Shown here in pieces: positions 19,395 through 29,588 of a DNA stretch of 64,000 nucleotides. Positions within the stretch are counted from its first letter, which is position 1, and every line of letters begins with the position of its first letter. The stretch spans positions 320,001 to 384,000 of the forward strand of contig OZ242220.1 of assembly GCA_965206745.1 (NCBI GenBank). Reading direction: 5' to 3'. Source of the DNA: Nitrosopumilus sp. GTDB taxonomy: Archaea > Thermoproteota > Nitrososphaeria > Nitrososphaerales > Nitrosopumilaceae. A program made the position numbers and the translations under genes. Under the pieces are notes generated by a model. That model did not search any database. It was not told the DNA's origin and was given only the letters and a program-made list of their open reading frames with translations.

Positions 19395-20936
19395 CTACTC
19401 TGTGGCCGCTTTGACGAACTGGCCTGGATTTTTCCCTATCCCTTCAGGCAAGTTTGTTATGCCGCCATTCAAACTCTCAGTTGTTATTCCCTTGCTTGCA
19501 AGTACTTTTGCAGTCATCAGTGACGTGTTTCCGGCCATGCAGATCAACAGCGACTTTTGCTTCGAGCCCTCCAGATCCCTGCCCAGCTCGTCTGGAATCT
19601 GCTGTGTCGATAGCAGCTCGTTGATGGTGCTGGCTTTGGGTATGACTATTTTTTCCTTATCAATACCCAAGGATTTGGCAATGATCTCGACTCCCTCCTC
19701 CTTTGGGGTGTATTGGGGATGGACCCAGATTACCTTGTCGTATTCATCAACGCTGGCTGCTGCCTCCTCCAATGAGACCTGCATGCGCTTGTTAGATGAG
19801 ACTGCCTCTAGGTTCTTCCTGTACTTTTCTATGCCGTCGGCAACCACAACTATGAACTTGCCCTTCTCACCGTCACTTGCCATCTCCAAAATGGCATACA
19901 GTGCAAGTGCCGTGCTCTCACCAATATTGTGGCCCTTATCCACGAAAAATTTAAGCAGATGCTTTGCCTGTCCAAAATCAACCTCATGTTCTGCAGCATA
20001 GGCATCCGGATTGTACATCTTTAGTCCCTCCGTCTTTGCCCTTGTCCTAATTCCTGCCACATCTTGGCCCGGAATTGGAAACACCACGTGAATTGCCTTT
20101 CTTTCATACTTTTTACTCATATAGTCGCTCAACCCGCCAGAGGTGCCACCTGTTCCAAAGGAGCAGAATATCCTATAATCTTGCAGCGAGTCTCCATGCT
20201 CACGCAGCTGCTCGTCGATCTCCACGGCAGTAACTGTCCTGTGCGCATCAATGTTTAACTCGTTGTCGTACTGTTCCGGACAAAAGCAGTCATATATTTT
20301 TGAAAGCAGTTTTGCCAGATTGATTATATCCTGTGCTGCCAGCAGTGCCTCAATTTTGGAGATTGCCCCATCATACACTGCAGGCTCAAAACCCAGTTCC
20401 ACTAGCTGGGAGCGAATGTTTACTGCAGTTGCCTTTGCAACTAGCGCATCTGCATCACTGTCCTTCATTCCCGGGGCAGGACAGATGTCCATGTCAAGAT
20501 CTATTATCTGAATATTCTCATTTCTCAACTCCTTAAAGACCCCCTCCTGCAGTTTTCTTGAAACCAGTGAGACAACCCTCACTCCAAGTCTTGACATCTG
20601 TCCGAGTGCTATCCCGAAATTCCCCGATGTCGCCTCAATTATCGTCTGACTCTCCCTTAGCTTTCCTGTCTTGATTGCATCATGTATGATGTGGATGGCA
20701 GGCCTGATCTTGATTGAACCTGACACCAGGTCCGCATCAAACTTTCCATATATCCTCAAATCCAAATCTGAAATATCCAACTTGTAGACGCTTTTTGCGC
20801 ATTCCTTAAAATCACTGGTAAGATCAGTCAGCGGCGTTGCGTTGACTATCTTGCCCTCCTTCAAATGGGGAACCTTGCTCCAAATCTCCCGCTCAAACTT
20901 TTCTAGCAGCTGCCTATCAATACCGTCCTCTGACAT
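19395..20936 (-). CDS. PLP-dependent cysteine synthase/CBS-family enzyme fused to a C-terminal rhodanese-like domain
   Basis: SGSIKIRPA (PLP Lys), EATSGNFG, GTGGT; C-terminal LLICMAGNTS...SLNGGI. Start 20936 chosen because a TATA-like tract lies near 20965. Confidence 0.75.
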   Translation of the reverse strand: MSEDGIDRQLLEKFEREIWSKVPHLKEGKIVNATPLTDLTSDFKECAKSVYKLDISDLDLRIYGKFDADLVSGSIKIRPAIHIIHDAIKTGKLRESQTIIEATSGNFGIALGQMSRLGVRVVSLVSRKLQEGVFKELRNENIQIIDLDMDICPAPGMKDSDADALVAKATAVNIRSQLVELGFEPAVYDGAISKIEALLAAQDIINLAKLLSKIYDCFCPEQYDNELNIDAHRTVTAVEIDEQLREHGDSLQDYRIFCSFGTGGTSGGLSDYMSKKYERKAIHVVFPIPGQDVAGIRTRAKTEGLKMYNPDAYAAEHEVDFGQAKHLLKFFVDKGHNIGESTALALYAILEMASDGEKGKFIVVVADGIEKYRKNLEAVSSNKRMQVSLEEAAASVDEYDKVIWVHPQYTPKEEGVEIIAKSLGIDKEKIVIPKASTINELLSTQQIPDELGRDLEGSKQKSLLICMAGNTSLMTAKVLASKGITTESLNGGITNLPEGIGKNPGQFVKAATE

Positions 20937-21007
20937 CTCTCTAGGGGCAGTCGATCCTCTGCTCATATAAAATATCTGATGAAGTATGGGACGGCCTGAT
21001 TTTTAAA

Positions 21008-22570
21008 TCAGACATCCAGGATGCCAATCACCTTGTTTGGTATGTCCTTTAGTCTGCTGACTGCCATGGTCTTGTCATATCCCAGATGCCTCAGGTTGCC
21101 GGCTATGGTGGTGGCCCTGATTGTATTGGGACCCAGTCCTAGGGCAACCATGCTGATTCCCAGTCCTTTCAGCGACTTGGTCATGCTTCTGACTGCATCG
21201 GGGTCTGATGGTTCCCCGTCAGTGAGTGTCAGGAAGATATCCGGCCTCTTTGACTGCAAAGTTGGAAACATCTTGTCATAGACCTCGGCTAGCGGGGTTG
21301 AACCGTTGGCGACAATCTGTGCCAGTCTCTTTGCAGTGATGCTGTTCCACTTTACGTTTTCAGACTTTATCAGCCAGCAGACCATCGATCTGTTCTCTGT
21401 ACTAAATGCGTACACTGCAAACTTTACTTTGAGAAACGACAGCACCTCGCAGAGTGCCAGGGTTGCCTTTTTGTACTCGATAGCATCTGATGCAATGCTT
21501 GATGAGTGATCCAGGAGGATCACAATCTTTGTCTTGATTGATTTTTTGATGTCCGTAAAAAACGGCTCGTGATCCTCTATGTAGCTCTCCTCGTCAAACT
21601 CATCGCCTGAACTCAGGTGCTGCTCCTTCCAGCCCGTCTTCCACTCCTTGAACTTTGTCTTCAGCCCGTTAACCAGGCTCATGTCGTATATTGCCGTCTC
21701 ATCGACGTTTCTTGTTGATGGGACCTGAATTCCTACAGACTCTGTTGCCAGCCCCTTGTTCTCTGTCCTCTTGTTCTCATCTAGCAGTACCTTGTACTCG
21801 TCATAGACATCATCGCCGCGGACTACTGATGCCGGATCAGCAGTACCCAGATCACCCTGCTTGTTTTTGGAGATCACCTTGAGCACCTTTAGCAGTTCCT
21901 CCTCTGAGAGTGCCATTCCTGCCTTCATAAACGGCAGGGATATTGGAATTGTCAGCAGCGAGTCAATATCCAGTATCTTTATAATTTTGCCGACATTTTT
22001 TTCAATCCAGTCAGTACCATGCTCCTCCCTGATTGCCTGGCTGACTATTGCCCTTGCAAATTCCGATGCCTCCCTTATCTTTTCAAAGCTGCTTGCCTGA
22101 ATCTCACCCTTTAGTGCGCCAAACATGAAATGCTGATAAAATGCCTCCACAATCCTGGCTTTTCCATAAACTGTGTGCAGCTGCGGCCTTGAGACAAGCA
22201 TGTATGTGTAGTTGAAGATGATCTCATCATCCATGCCTCTCCATATCCCCCTTCCCAATTTTTCAACCCTTTGGGTCTCCATCGTGTTGAGGATGAATCC
22301 AAATGCGTGATCGTTGCTGAGAATCTTCTTGCAGTATCTTATCCTCATGGCCTCATACCACAGTGACGTCCTAAACTGGCGGTACTTTTGAAAGTCACTG
22401 CCGATCCGCTTCTCCATCGGAGTCAAAATCACCTTGTTCTCATTTAGCCGCGTCCTAGTCTCTGCCTTGTCTGAAATCTCCACTGTGATGGTATCATTCT
22501 CAGACCACCTTCTGAGAAGAAACGTTGCTATCTCCACCAGGGAGTCGTTTTGCAGTCGGATTGCCTGCAT
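21008..22570 (-). CDS. VWA-domain protein (CbbO/NorD-like partner of MoxR ATPase)
   Basis: MIDAS LLDHSSS, GSTPL, LTDGEP. Confidence 0.85.
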   Translation of the reverse strand: MQAIRLQNDSLVEIATFLLRRWSENDTITVEISDKAETRTRLNENKVILTPMEKRIGSDFQKYRQFRTSLWYEAMRIRYCKKILSNDHAFGFILNTMETQRVEKLGRGIWRGMDDEIIFNYTYMLVSRPQLHTVYGKARIVEAFYQHFMFGALKGEIQASSFEKIREASEFARAIVSQAIREEHGTDWIEKNVGKIIKILDIDSLLTIPISLPFMKAGMALSEEELLKVLKVISKNKQGDLGTADPASVVRGDDVYDEYKVLLDENKRTENKGLATESVGIQVPSTRNVDETAIYDMSLVNGLKTKFKEWKTGWKEQHLSSGDEFDEESYIEDHEPFFTDIKKSIKTKIVILLDHSSSIASDAIEYKKATLALCEVLSFLKVKFAVYAFSTENRSMVCWLIKSENVKWNSITAKRLAQIVANGSTPLAEVYDKMFPTLQSKRPDIFLTLTDGEPSDPDAVRSMTKSLKGLGISMVALGLGPNTIRATTIAGNLRHLGYDKTMAVSRLKDIPNKVIGILDV

Positions 22571-23365
22571 TTAGCTTCCAAACATTGATGCTATGATGTC
22601 GCTTACTTTTTGGTACTCTATGTCCCCCCACTGCGTATAGACATTTCCAAAAACAATCTTGGCCACCTGCTTTGGTGCCATTCCCTTATCCAACAATTTA
22701 GCAAAAGCAATAGTCTCCCTCAAGCTAGGGGAGTAAAACAGCTCCTCGACTGCGGCTGCCTGCCTTAACGTGTTTGCCAGTCTGACTGCCTGGACTATCT
22801 CTGACTCGTGGTTCCCTGAGACATATTTTTTTACAATCTCAAGCTCTATGTCTTCTGGAGGATACTCTAGCCTGATTCGTACTGGAAACCTGCTGAGCAG
22901 TTGGGGCGGCAGCTCCTTTGTACCGCTGTGCGATAGCGGATTAATTGTTGCAACTACAAACCAGCCCTCCTTTGCCTTGACCACCTCGCCTGCCGACTCT
23001 TTTAGCACAATCTGACGTCTGTCATCTAGTGCCTCGTCTAGTCTTAGCAGGACATCGGCCTCTGCTGAATTAATCTCATCTAGATACAGGATATCCCCGC
23101 TCTTCATTGATCTGACTAGCAGGCCCTCATCAAAGCTGACTGTTCCGTCTGTCAGCGTCTTGGTGCCGACCAGGTGACTCTCTCTGGTTCTGAGGCTAAA
23201 GTTGATGGATCTCAGGTTGACATTCTTGCTTGCCGCAAAGTCCCTGACCAGGGACGTCTTTCCAGTTCCCTTCGGACCTATTATGAGTACAAAAAGACCT
23301 GCCTCGTATGCCTTGTTGAGAATCTGAACCGAGTCATTCCAATCAAGATACTGTGCCTCCTCCAA
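22571..23365 (-). CDS. MoxR/CbbQ/NorQ-type AAA+ ATPase
   Basis: Walker A GPKGTGKT, Walker B LYLDEIN, LLSRF, SPSLRE. Confidence 0.9.
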   Translation of the reverse strand: MEEAQYLDWNDSVQILNKAYEAGLFVLIIGPKGTGKTSLVRDFAASKNVNLRSINFSLRTRESHLVGTKTLTDGTVSFDEGLLVRSMKSGDILYLDEINSAEADVLLRLDEALDDRRQIVLKESAGEVVKAKEGWFVVATINPLSHSGTKELPPQLLSRFPVRIRLEYPPEDIELEIVKKYVSGNHESEIVQAVRLANTLRQAAAVEELFYSPSLRETIAFAKLLDKGMAPKQVAKIVFGNVYTQWGDIEYQKVSDIIASMFGS

Positions 23366-23399
23366 AGTACGTTTTCAATGATTAAGACAATATTTAATA

Positions 23400-24863
23400 T
23401 TAGATCTTTGCATCAAATGCCTCTATTTTGATAAAGGCCTGCTCAAGTCTCTTGTGCAGCGTCTTGTTCCAGCCGTCAAATCCTGAGGGATCCTTTGGAT
23501 AGTCGTTGTAGTGCTCAACTAGCCACTGGTTTTCCTTGGTTGTATATCTGAGCCCGTCTGCAACTGTCTTGTTCATCGCGCCTCTGATTATCATTCCGAT
23601 CTTTCCCAGTCCTGAAAAGTCAGGATGCTCGCCCTTGCTGATTGACTCTACATCCATGTTTCCCAGAAAGTGCTTCATTCCATAGCTGATCTGCTCATTG
23701 GACATTTGCTGGATCAGGCGCCTGAATATCTCAAGGCCTGCAGTCTTGTATCCGTACTCTTTGATATAGTCCAGGTTGTACTGCCAGAGGCCTGCCTCAG
23801 AGACGTCATCTGCCTCCAGTGCGCATGCGACATTGTTTCCAATAATCGTACCTGCAATCAGGGCAGGACCGATGCCGCCTGCATCAATTGGCTTTGGCAT
23901 CCATGCAGAATCACCGACCATCATGTATCCCCCTGACACCATGCAGTCATTCTGTCTTCTAACTGAAACCTGGAATATTCCTGAATTATTATTGATGTCT
24001 TGCGATTCCTCTGATAGTTTGGCATTCTTGATTGCAATGTTTCTGTGAAGGTACTCCTTCATCAGTGACTCGACATTGTCTTTTTTGCCCAGCCTCTTGT
24101 TCCTCCTATCCAAAAGTGTCTTCTCAACGCCCAGCCCTATGTTCACTTTGGTATCGCCCTTTGGAAACACCCATCCGTATCCGCCTGGTGCGATGTCCTG
24201 ATCCAAATGAATGATGCAGTAGTCCGGATCAAACTCTGCAAGATCTTTCTGCCCCTTTTCAAAATGCATGATGTACCTTCCAGTTGATTCCAAATCCCTT
24301 CTGTCGATTCTCTTTTCAACCTTGGTGGAATTCTTCAGCCCGTTTCTGAGCGTCGATGTAACTCCCGTTGCATCAATTACGATTCTTGATGTTTTTTTAA
24401 ACGGCTGCTTTGTCTTGTTGTCCACACCCTGCACTCCGACTGCCTGCTGTCCCTCATAAATCAGACCTGTAAGATTAATCTCATACTCGTACTCTATGCC
24501 CATCTTCTTGCATCTCTGATTCTGGATCTCTGGCAACTTTTGACGGTTCAGCATAAATCCTGCACCGTCAAACGGGATTGCAGTCTCCTTGTCCGGTGAG
24601 AATGCCATGACACCCTTGACATCGTGCTCAATCTCGGGTCTGGTCCATTCGATCTTGATTCTCTCTGTCATAAAGTCGACTGCCTCCTTGGAGCATGCGT
24701 CTCCGCAGACCCATCCTGCAAGTGACTTTCTACCCGGAAGAAACTCTGTATTTCTATCGGCAACTAGGATTTTCAGATTCTGATTCGAATAGTGAGAGAT
24801 GGCCTGTGCTGTAATGGTGCCTGCAAGACCCCCGCCTGCAATTATAACGTCATAGTCTGCCAC
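23400..24863 (-). CDS. Geranylgeranyl reductase family FAD-dependent oxidoreductase
   Basis: GGGLAG, CGDA, PGGYGWVFPKG, VGDSAWMPKPIDAGGI. Confidence 0.88.
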   Translation of the reverse strand: MADYDVIIAGGGLAGTITAQAISHYSNQNLKILVADRNTEFLPGRKSLAGWVCGDACSKEAVDFMTERIKIEWTRPEIEHDVKGVMAFSPDKETAIPFDGAGFMLNRQKLPEIQNQRCKKMGIEYEYEINLTGLIYEGQQAVGVQGVDNKTKQPFKKTSRIVIDATGVTSTLRNGLKNSTKVEKRIDRRDLESTGRYIMHFEKGQKDLAEFDPDYCIIHLDQDIAPGGYGWVFPKGDTKVNIGLGVEKTLLDRRNKRLGKKDNVESLMKEYLHRNIAIKNAKLSEESQDINNNSGIFQVSVRRQNDCMVSGGYMMVGDSAWMPKPIDAGGIGPALIAGTIIGNNVACALEADDVSEAGLWQYNLDYIKEYGYKTAGLEIFRRLIQQMSNEQISYGMKHFLGNMDVESISKGEHPDFSGLGKIGMIIRGAMNKTVADGLRYTTKENQWLVEHYNDYPKDPSGFDGWNKTLHKRLEQAFIKIEAFDAKI

Positions 24864-24930
24864 GCTATTGAGGTCTGTCTATCCGTATTTAAAATAATAC
24901 CGTCAAGCAAATGACTCAAAATCAATCAAA

Positions 24931-24998
24931 GGGTCGGTTCGTCGCGGCCTCTTCAAAGCTTTCGCTCAGACTGGAGCGGCTGTTATCTCCTCATTCCC
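24931..24998 (-). ncRNA. Candidate box C/D sRNA
   Basis: Minus strand reads GGGA-AUGAGGA(C)-guide-CUGA(D')-GC GAAA GC-U-UUGAAGA(C')-12-nt guide-CCGA(D)-CCC, followed by UUU. Confidence 0.6.
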
Positions 24999-25023
24999 AA
25001 GTTGTATGGCCCCTTGTTCCTAT

Positions 25024-25455
25024 TTAATCTAGGCAGTCCGAAAAGATCTCTGTGAATATTTTGACCGTGTCTTTCTTGTTGTAAATGGGCGTGTGAATTC
25101 TCAATTTTACCGTGTCCTTCTTGCTGACCCTCAGATTGCCCTTGATCAGTTCCTGCTTGTCCAGTCTCATATGGAACTTTGAATCCTCGACCCGCTGCCC
25201 GATTTCACAGACCAGCTCACTGACTTGTTCTGCTGGCAGCACCTCAATTATCCTGTCCATCAAATTCTGAGCATGCCTCTTGGCAACCCTTGCCTTTAAC
25301 ATGGTGATTGGATTCTCATAATGTCCCTGCATCTGCTCAAGTGCAAAGTCATCCTCCTTGAGATTCAGAACATTCTCAAAGGACTCGAGGATCTTTGCAA
25401 CATCCTCTGTTGCGTGAAGAATCACATCTATTGAAATCTCAATCTTGCGTGCCAT
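25024..25455 (-). CDS. Archaeal RNA-binding protein (DUF54/exosome-associated family)
   Basis: HATED, GHYENPI and RLDKQ motifs. Confidence 0.8.
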   Translation of the reverse strand: MARKIEISIDVILHATEDVAKILESFENVLNLKEDDFALEQMQGHYENPITMLKARVAKRHAQNLMDRIIEVLPAEQVSELVCEIGQRVEDSKFHMRLDKQELIKGNLRVSKKDTVKLRIHTPIYNKKDTVKIFTEIFSDCLD

Positions 25456-25474
25456 GATGTAAAGGATGACTCTG

Positions 25475-26086
25475 TTATGCTTCTAGTAGTTTTGTTTCCT
25501 TGTCTGCAGTCCTGATGAGCTTGACCTTCTCCAGACCCACGTGTCTTACCCTGATTACCTTCTTGAATGCGGCCATGATGTCCGAGTTGATCTTGCTGTA
25601 GCATGTTGCTTGGACAAACTGCTCGATTGTCATCTCTGGAATTGTCTTGTTAATCACGTCTCTGGCAATCAGTCTGAGCGCATGCTGTCTGGACGTGTTT
25701 AGCTGTCTGTGTGTTAGGGCAAGCAGCTTGATTCTAAAGATGTAGCCGTCCTTTGTCTTGATGTCGATGATAAAGTTGACCTTTGATGAGCCCCTTCTTA
25801 CCAGGCTGCGCAAGAACTCTTTTGAATACTCGTATCTCTTGAAGATTGTCATTGCCTTGTCGCCTTCAACCTTGTTGATTTGAAAATAGATTTTATATTG
25901 ATGCTGTGAAGGATCCCCCTTTAGAATGTCATACAGTGTAACCTCCATCACCCTGCCTGCCGCATTTGCATCATCTGTAATCGGAACATATCCAATTGGG
26001 ACGTTGTTAAATGAATCCGGTGCATAGACTGTGACCCAGCGTTTCTCCCGCCACTTGTCCTTTACCCGACCTTTTCTACGTGCCAA
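25475..26086 (-). CDS. rps3ae: 30S ribosomal protein S3Ae (eS1)
   Basis: KDKWREKRW...GRVMEVTLYDI...LRSLVRRGSSK. Confidence 0.95.
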   Translation of the reverse strand: MARRKGRVKDKWREKRWVTVYAPDSFNNVPIGYVPITDDANAAGRVMEVTLYDILKGDPSQHQYKIYFQINKVEGDKAMTIFKRYEYSKEFLRSLVRRGSSKVNFIIDIKTKDGYIFRIKLLALTHRQLNTSRQHALRLIARDVINKTIPEMTIEQFVQATCYSKINSDIMAAFKKVIRVRHVGLEKVKLIRTADKETKLLEA

Positions 26087-26126
26087 TTATTAACGACCTT
26101 TAAATCCAAAATATAAGGGTATGTTG

Positions 26127-27389
26127 CTAGATCTCTTTCTGATCCCCCATGTAGCTCTGCAAAACCTTGGGAATTCTAATGTGACCATCCCCAGTCTGGA
26201 AATTTTCCATAATTGAGACCATGACCCTCGTAGTAGCTATCAGGGTGCTGTTTAGGGTGTGTACGTACTGTGTATCCTCGTTTGTCTTGTCTCTGAACCT
26301 GATCTTCAGCCGCCTTGCCTGATAGTCTAGACAGTTTGAGCACGAGACGATCTCCCTGTATGCGTTTTGGCCTGCCATCCATGCCTCGATATCGTATGTC
26401 TTGGCAGAGACCTTTCCCATGTCCCCTGATGATAGCAGCATGACTCTGTGCGGTATCTCCAAACTCTGATAGAACTCTTCGGCAACTGCCAGCATTCTTT
26501 CATGCTCCTTTTGGGACTCTTCAGGCCTTGAAAATACAAACTGCTCAATCTTGTCAAACTGGTGAACCCTAAAGATCCCTTTCTGGTCCCTTCCATGGGC
26601 ACCTGCCTCTTTTCTAAAGCACGGGCTGACCCCTGCATATCTTAACGGCAGATCCCCGCCTTCGAGGATCTCCTTTGCCCTCATTGCCGCCATGGCGTGC
26701 TCTGATGTTCCAATCATGTATAGATCCTCATCCTCAATCTTGTAGATGACCTCCTCAAAGTCATCGGCAATCACTGCCCCCTCCATGGATTCACGATTGA
26801 TCATGTATGGGGGCTGGACGAGCTGGTACTCTTTTTTTGCCAGAAAATCCAGTCCGTAGTGGATCAGCGACTGGTTCAGTCTTACAAGATCGTTTCTCAG
26901 GTAATAGAATCTGGCACCTGCCACCTTGGCTGCCCTTTCAAGATCCACCAAGCCCAGCTTCTCTGAGATGTCTATGTGGTCACTTATCTTAAAGTCAAAC
27001 TCTGGAACCTTCCCCCATCTTCTGATCTCCCTGTTTGCACTCTCTGCTCCCACGGGAACTGATTTGTCAATCATGTTGGGGATGGCAAATGCCAGTTTAG
27101 AGTACGTACCCTCAATCTCTGCCTGCTCTGACTCTAGCTTTGCAAGCTGCGATGAGACATTCTTCATTTCAGAGAGGATTGATGCTGCATCCTGGCCTGC
27201 CTTTTTTTTCTGAGAAATCTCCAGTCCCATCTGGTTCTTCCTTTTTCGCAGTTCATCAGTACTGATTATCAGTCTGTGTCTTTCCTTGTCTGACTCTATC
27301 AGCTGGTCCAGGTCAAAGTCGACATCCCTTGCCTTGAGCATGTCCCGGATGATCTGTGGCTTTTCTTTGAGCAGTTTTGGATCCAGCAT
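26127..27389 (-). CDS. serS: Serine--tRNA ligase
   Basis: GTSEH, FRKEAGAHG...FRVHQFDKIE, EIVSCSNC, HTLNST. Confidence 0.97.
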   Translation of the reverse strand: MLDPKLLKEKPQIIRDMLKARDVDFDLDQLIESDKERHRLIISTDELRKRKNQMGLEISQKKKAGQDAASILSEMKNVSSQLAKLESEQAEIEGTYSKLAFAIPNMIDKSVPVGAESANREIRRWGKVPEFDFKISDHIDISEKLGLVDLERAAKVAGARFYYLRNDLVRLNQSLIHYGLDFLAKKEYQLVQPPYMINRESMEGAVIADDFEEVIYKIEDEDLYMIGTSEHAMAAMRAKEILEGGDLPLRYAGVSPCFRKEAGAHGRDQKGIFRVHQFDKIEQFVFSRPEESQKEHERMLAVAEEFYQSLEIPHRVMLLSSGDMGKVSAKTYDIEAWMAGQNAYREIVSCSNCLDYQARRLKIRFRDKTNEDTQYVHTLNSTLIATTRVMVSIMENFQTGDGHIRIPKVLQSYMGDQKEI

Positions 27390-27631
27390 TACTCTATCAC
27401 CTTTAATGCCACCTGGATATGTTCCATCACTTCATCAACCGTACTGGTCAGCTGCTTGATATTCTTTTTACCCTGAAAATTAAAGACCAGCCTGTTATCT
27501 GCATCCTCAATATGCAGGCTCAGTCCGTCTGGAAAATCCACGTTATCTGGCTCCAGAGCTCTCCTTACTGTTCTGGCCTTCTCTTTTGATATGTTACTGA
27601 GAGTTACCTGTACTTGACACGTTAACGACAT
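27389..27631 (-). CDS. pcc1: KEOPS complex Pcc1-like subunit
   Basis: 80 aa with ALEPDN motif; sits in the rps15-DHH-pcc1-serS-rps3ae context. Confidence 0.7.
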   Translation of the reverse strand: MSLTCQVQVTLSNISKEKARTVRRALEPDNVDFPDGLSLHIEDADNRLVFNFQGKKNIKQLTSTVDEVMEHIQVALKVIE

Positions 27632-29015
27632 TTACTTCTAAATAGTTGAGGAACTCATCTAATTTGTCTTTAGTTATCTTTGCCCCGGCAGCTGCATTGT
27701 GGCCTCCCCCTATGCCGTCAAATTTCTCAGCACCCGTCCTCATGATCTCGCTGAGATTGATATCTGATGCGCATCCAAAGGATTTTCTTGATGAGAACTT
27801 TATCGTGTTCTCCTCTGCCTTGGTTCTCAATATTATGATCTTCCCTGAGTTTTTCGGTGATCCTGCAATTAATGATGAGATCGTTCCAGTCATCGTCTCT
27901 GGGACTATCCCCTCCCCGTTTACCATTATGCACGTCTTGCTTTCAGAGACCCTCCATCTCTCATTTGATAAAATATTCATGTACTCTCGGATCATCTTTC
28001 TATAGTCTGTCAGAATGGTTTCTGCCTCCCTTAGGATCTTGTCCCTGTCCCCCATGCAGACTGCCATTCCGACTCCCGAACGGTTGATCCTCCCGCATGA
28101 GTTTAGCATGGTTGAAAACTCCCTGCCATCCCTTAGGAAACTCCTGCTGTCCTCCCTTGGGAACGTATAGGTGTACCCGATCAGCTCTGACATTATCTCA
28201 CCGGTGTCTTGTCCGGATGCAAACTTTACAATCGATTCAATGACCTGCCTTTTTTCATCCTCGTTTAGTTCGGCAGGCACCCTCCATCTTCCCTCCTCCT
28301 TGAGATTGACTCCAGAGGAGTTTAGCACTGAAAGGCACGTGTCCCTGTTCCAGGTCAGTCCTTCAATAAACGGCTGTGATGTAAATGCCAGGGCATCCAC
28401 AAGCGGTCTTGTCTCCCTTCCCACCAGCAGCAGATCCAGATCAACATCGACCAGGCCAAGCTCTTTGGCAGTATTGACAATCTCAAAATTTTTACCGGTA
28501 AATGACTTTCTCTCTCCCTGGTCCTGCCTATCGCCCAGTGCTGAAACGACTGCAATTGCAGAGAGATCCGAGTTTCTCTCATCAAGTGCCATCGATGCAA
28601 GGTATGCCATTCCTCCTGCACAGACATCGACTCCCCCGTCGATGCCGTACTTCCATGAGTTTATGACGTTTTGATTCTCAATCTCCTCGTCTGGAATCTG
28701 ATGATGATCCAAGACTATCCAGTCATCCCCCAGTGTCTTATCCAATTCTCCTGCAAAGCCTCCTGCCAGATCAGTCACTATGTGAAAATCCCGAGAATCT
28801 GTCCTGAAGGATTCCAGAACATTTCTGCTAAACTCCTTTGATGTCCTTACCGTACAGTTGGCACCTGCCCTGATTAGGGCCTTGGTGATGATGCTGCCTG
28901 ATGTCAGTCCGTCGCAGTCAATATGGGTTGTAACTGATATGGATTTTTTTGACTTTATGCAATCTAGAACTCTGTCCTTGAAAAATGAAAGTGATTCGTC
29001 AAGTGATTTTGTCAT
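27594..29015 (-). CDS. DHH/DHHA1 family phosphoesterase (RecJ-like)
   Basis: HIDCDG, LDHH, GGGHNAAAGA. Confidence 0.9.
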   Translation of the reverse strand: MTKSLDESLSFFKDRVLDCIKSKKSISVTTHIDCDGLTSGSIITKALIRAGANCTVRTSKEFSRNVLESFRTDSRDFHIVTDLAGGFAGELDKTLGDDWIVLDHHQIPDEEIENQNVINSWKYGIDGGVDVCAGGMAYLASMALDERNSDLSAIAVVSALGDRQDQGERKSFTGKNFEIVNTAKELGLVDVDLDLLLVGRETRPLVDALAFTSQPFIEGLTWNRDTCLSVLNSSGVNLKEEGRWRVPAELNEDEKRQVIESIVKFASGQDTGEIMSELIGYTYTFPREDSRSFLRDGREFSTMLNSCGRINRSGVGMAVCMGDRDKILREAETILTDYRKMIREYMNILSNERWRVSESKTCIMVNGEGIVPETMTGTISSLIAGSPKNSGKIIILRTKAEENTIKFSSRKSFGCASDINLSEIMRTGAEKFDGIGGGHNAAAGAKITKDKLDEFLNYLEVNVVNVSSTGNSQ

Positions 29016-29464
29016 TATTTTAGTTGGGCAACCACGGATTTATACTTCCATGTTTTAGAAATCCTTCCAATTCTTTTGTAGTAGACTGATAGTCTGTGGA
29101 CCTTGGCCTCAATTAACTCCAAAGATCTGACGTTTCTATTGTCCCCCTTGTTCTCCTTGAGGTGCCTTTGAAGACCCACTGCTTTTCTAACAATATTTTC
29201 AAGGTCTTCGGGCATTTCGGCTTTTAAATCATTCTCCTCTAAAATCTGATCCATGCTCTTTTTGGTTACTGACTTTACCAGGGGAATGGAATGCTGATCT
29301 CTTAATTTAATTCCAATCTGACTGGGAGTCAGACCGTCTTTAGAATACTTTACTATCAATTCTTCAATCTCTGCAGGGCTCTGTGTGACCCATGAGGGCG
29401 TACGAAGCGTCGCCGGCCTAATAGAATGCGACTTTCCATGTCTGTGCGTGTGCATTCGTCCCAT
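29015..29464 (-). CDS. rps15: 30S ribosomal protein S15 (uS15)
   Basis: MGRMHTHRHGKSHS...PEDLENI...IEAKVHRL. Confidence 0.96.
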   Translation of the reverse strand: MGRMHTHRHGKSHSIRPATLRTPSWVTQSPAEIEELIVKYSKDGLTPSQIGIKLRDQHSIPLVKSVTKKSMDQILEENDLKAEMPEDLENIVRKAVGLQRHLKENKGDNRNVRSLELIEAKVHRLSVYYKRIGRISKTWKYKSVVAQLK

Positions 29465-29588
29465 GATTTGGCTCATTATAAAGCAGAATTAAACGTTACT
29501 TATGCTGATCTCGTACATTATGCCGAAATTTGGCCTGTAGAATAAAAGTTAAATAAGTCCCATCTACAAAAGCCAACAGGTAAACTGT

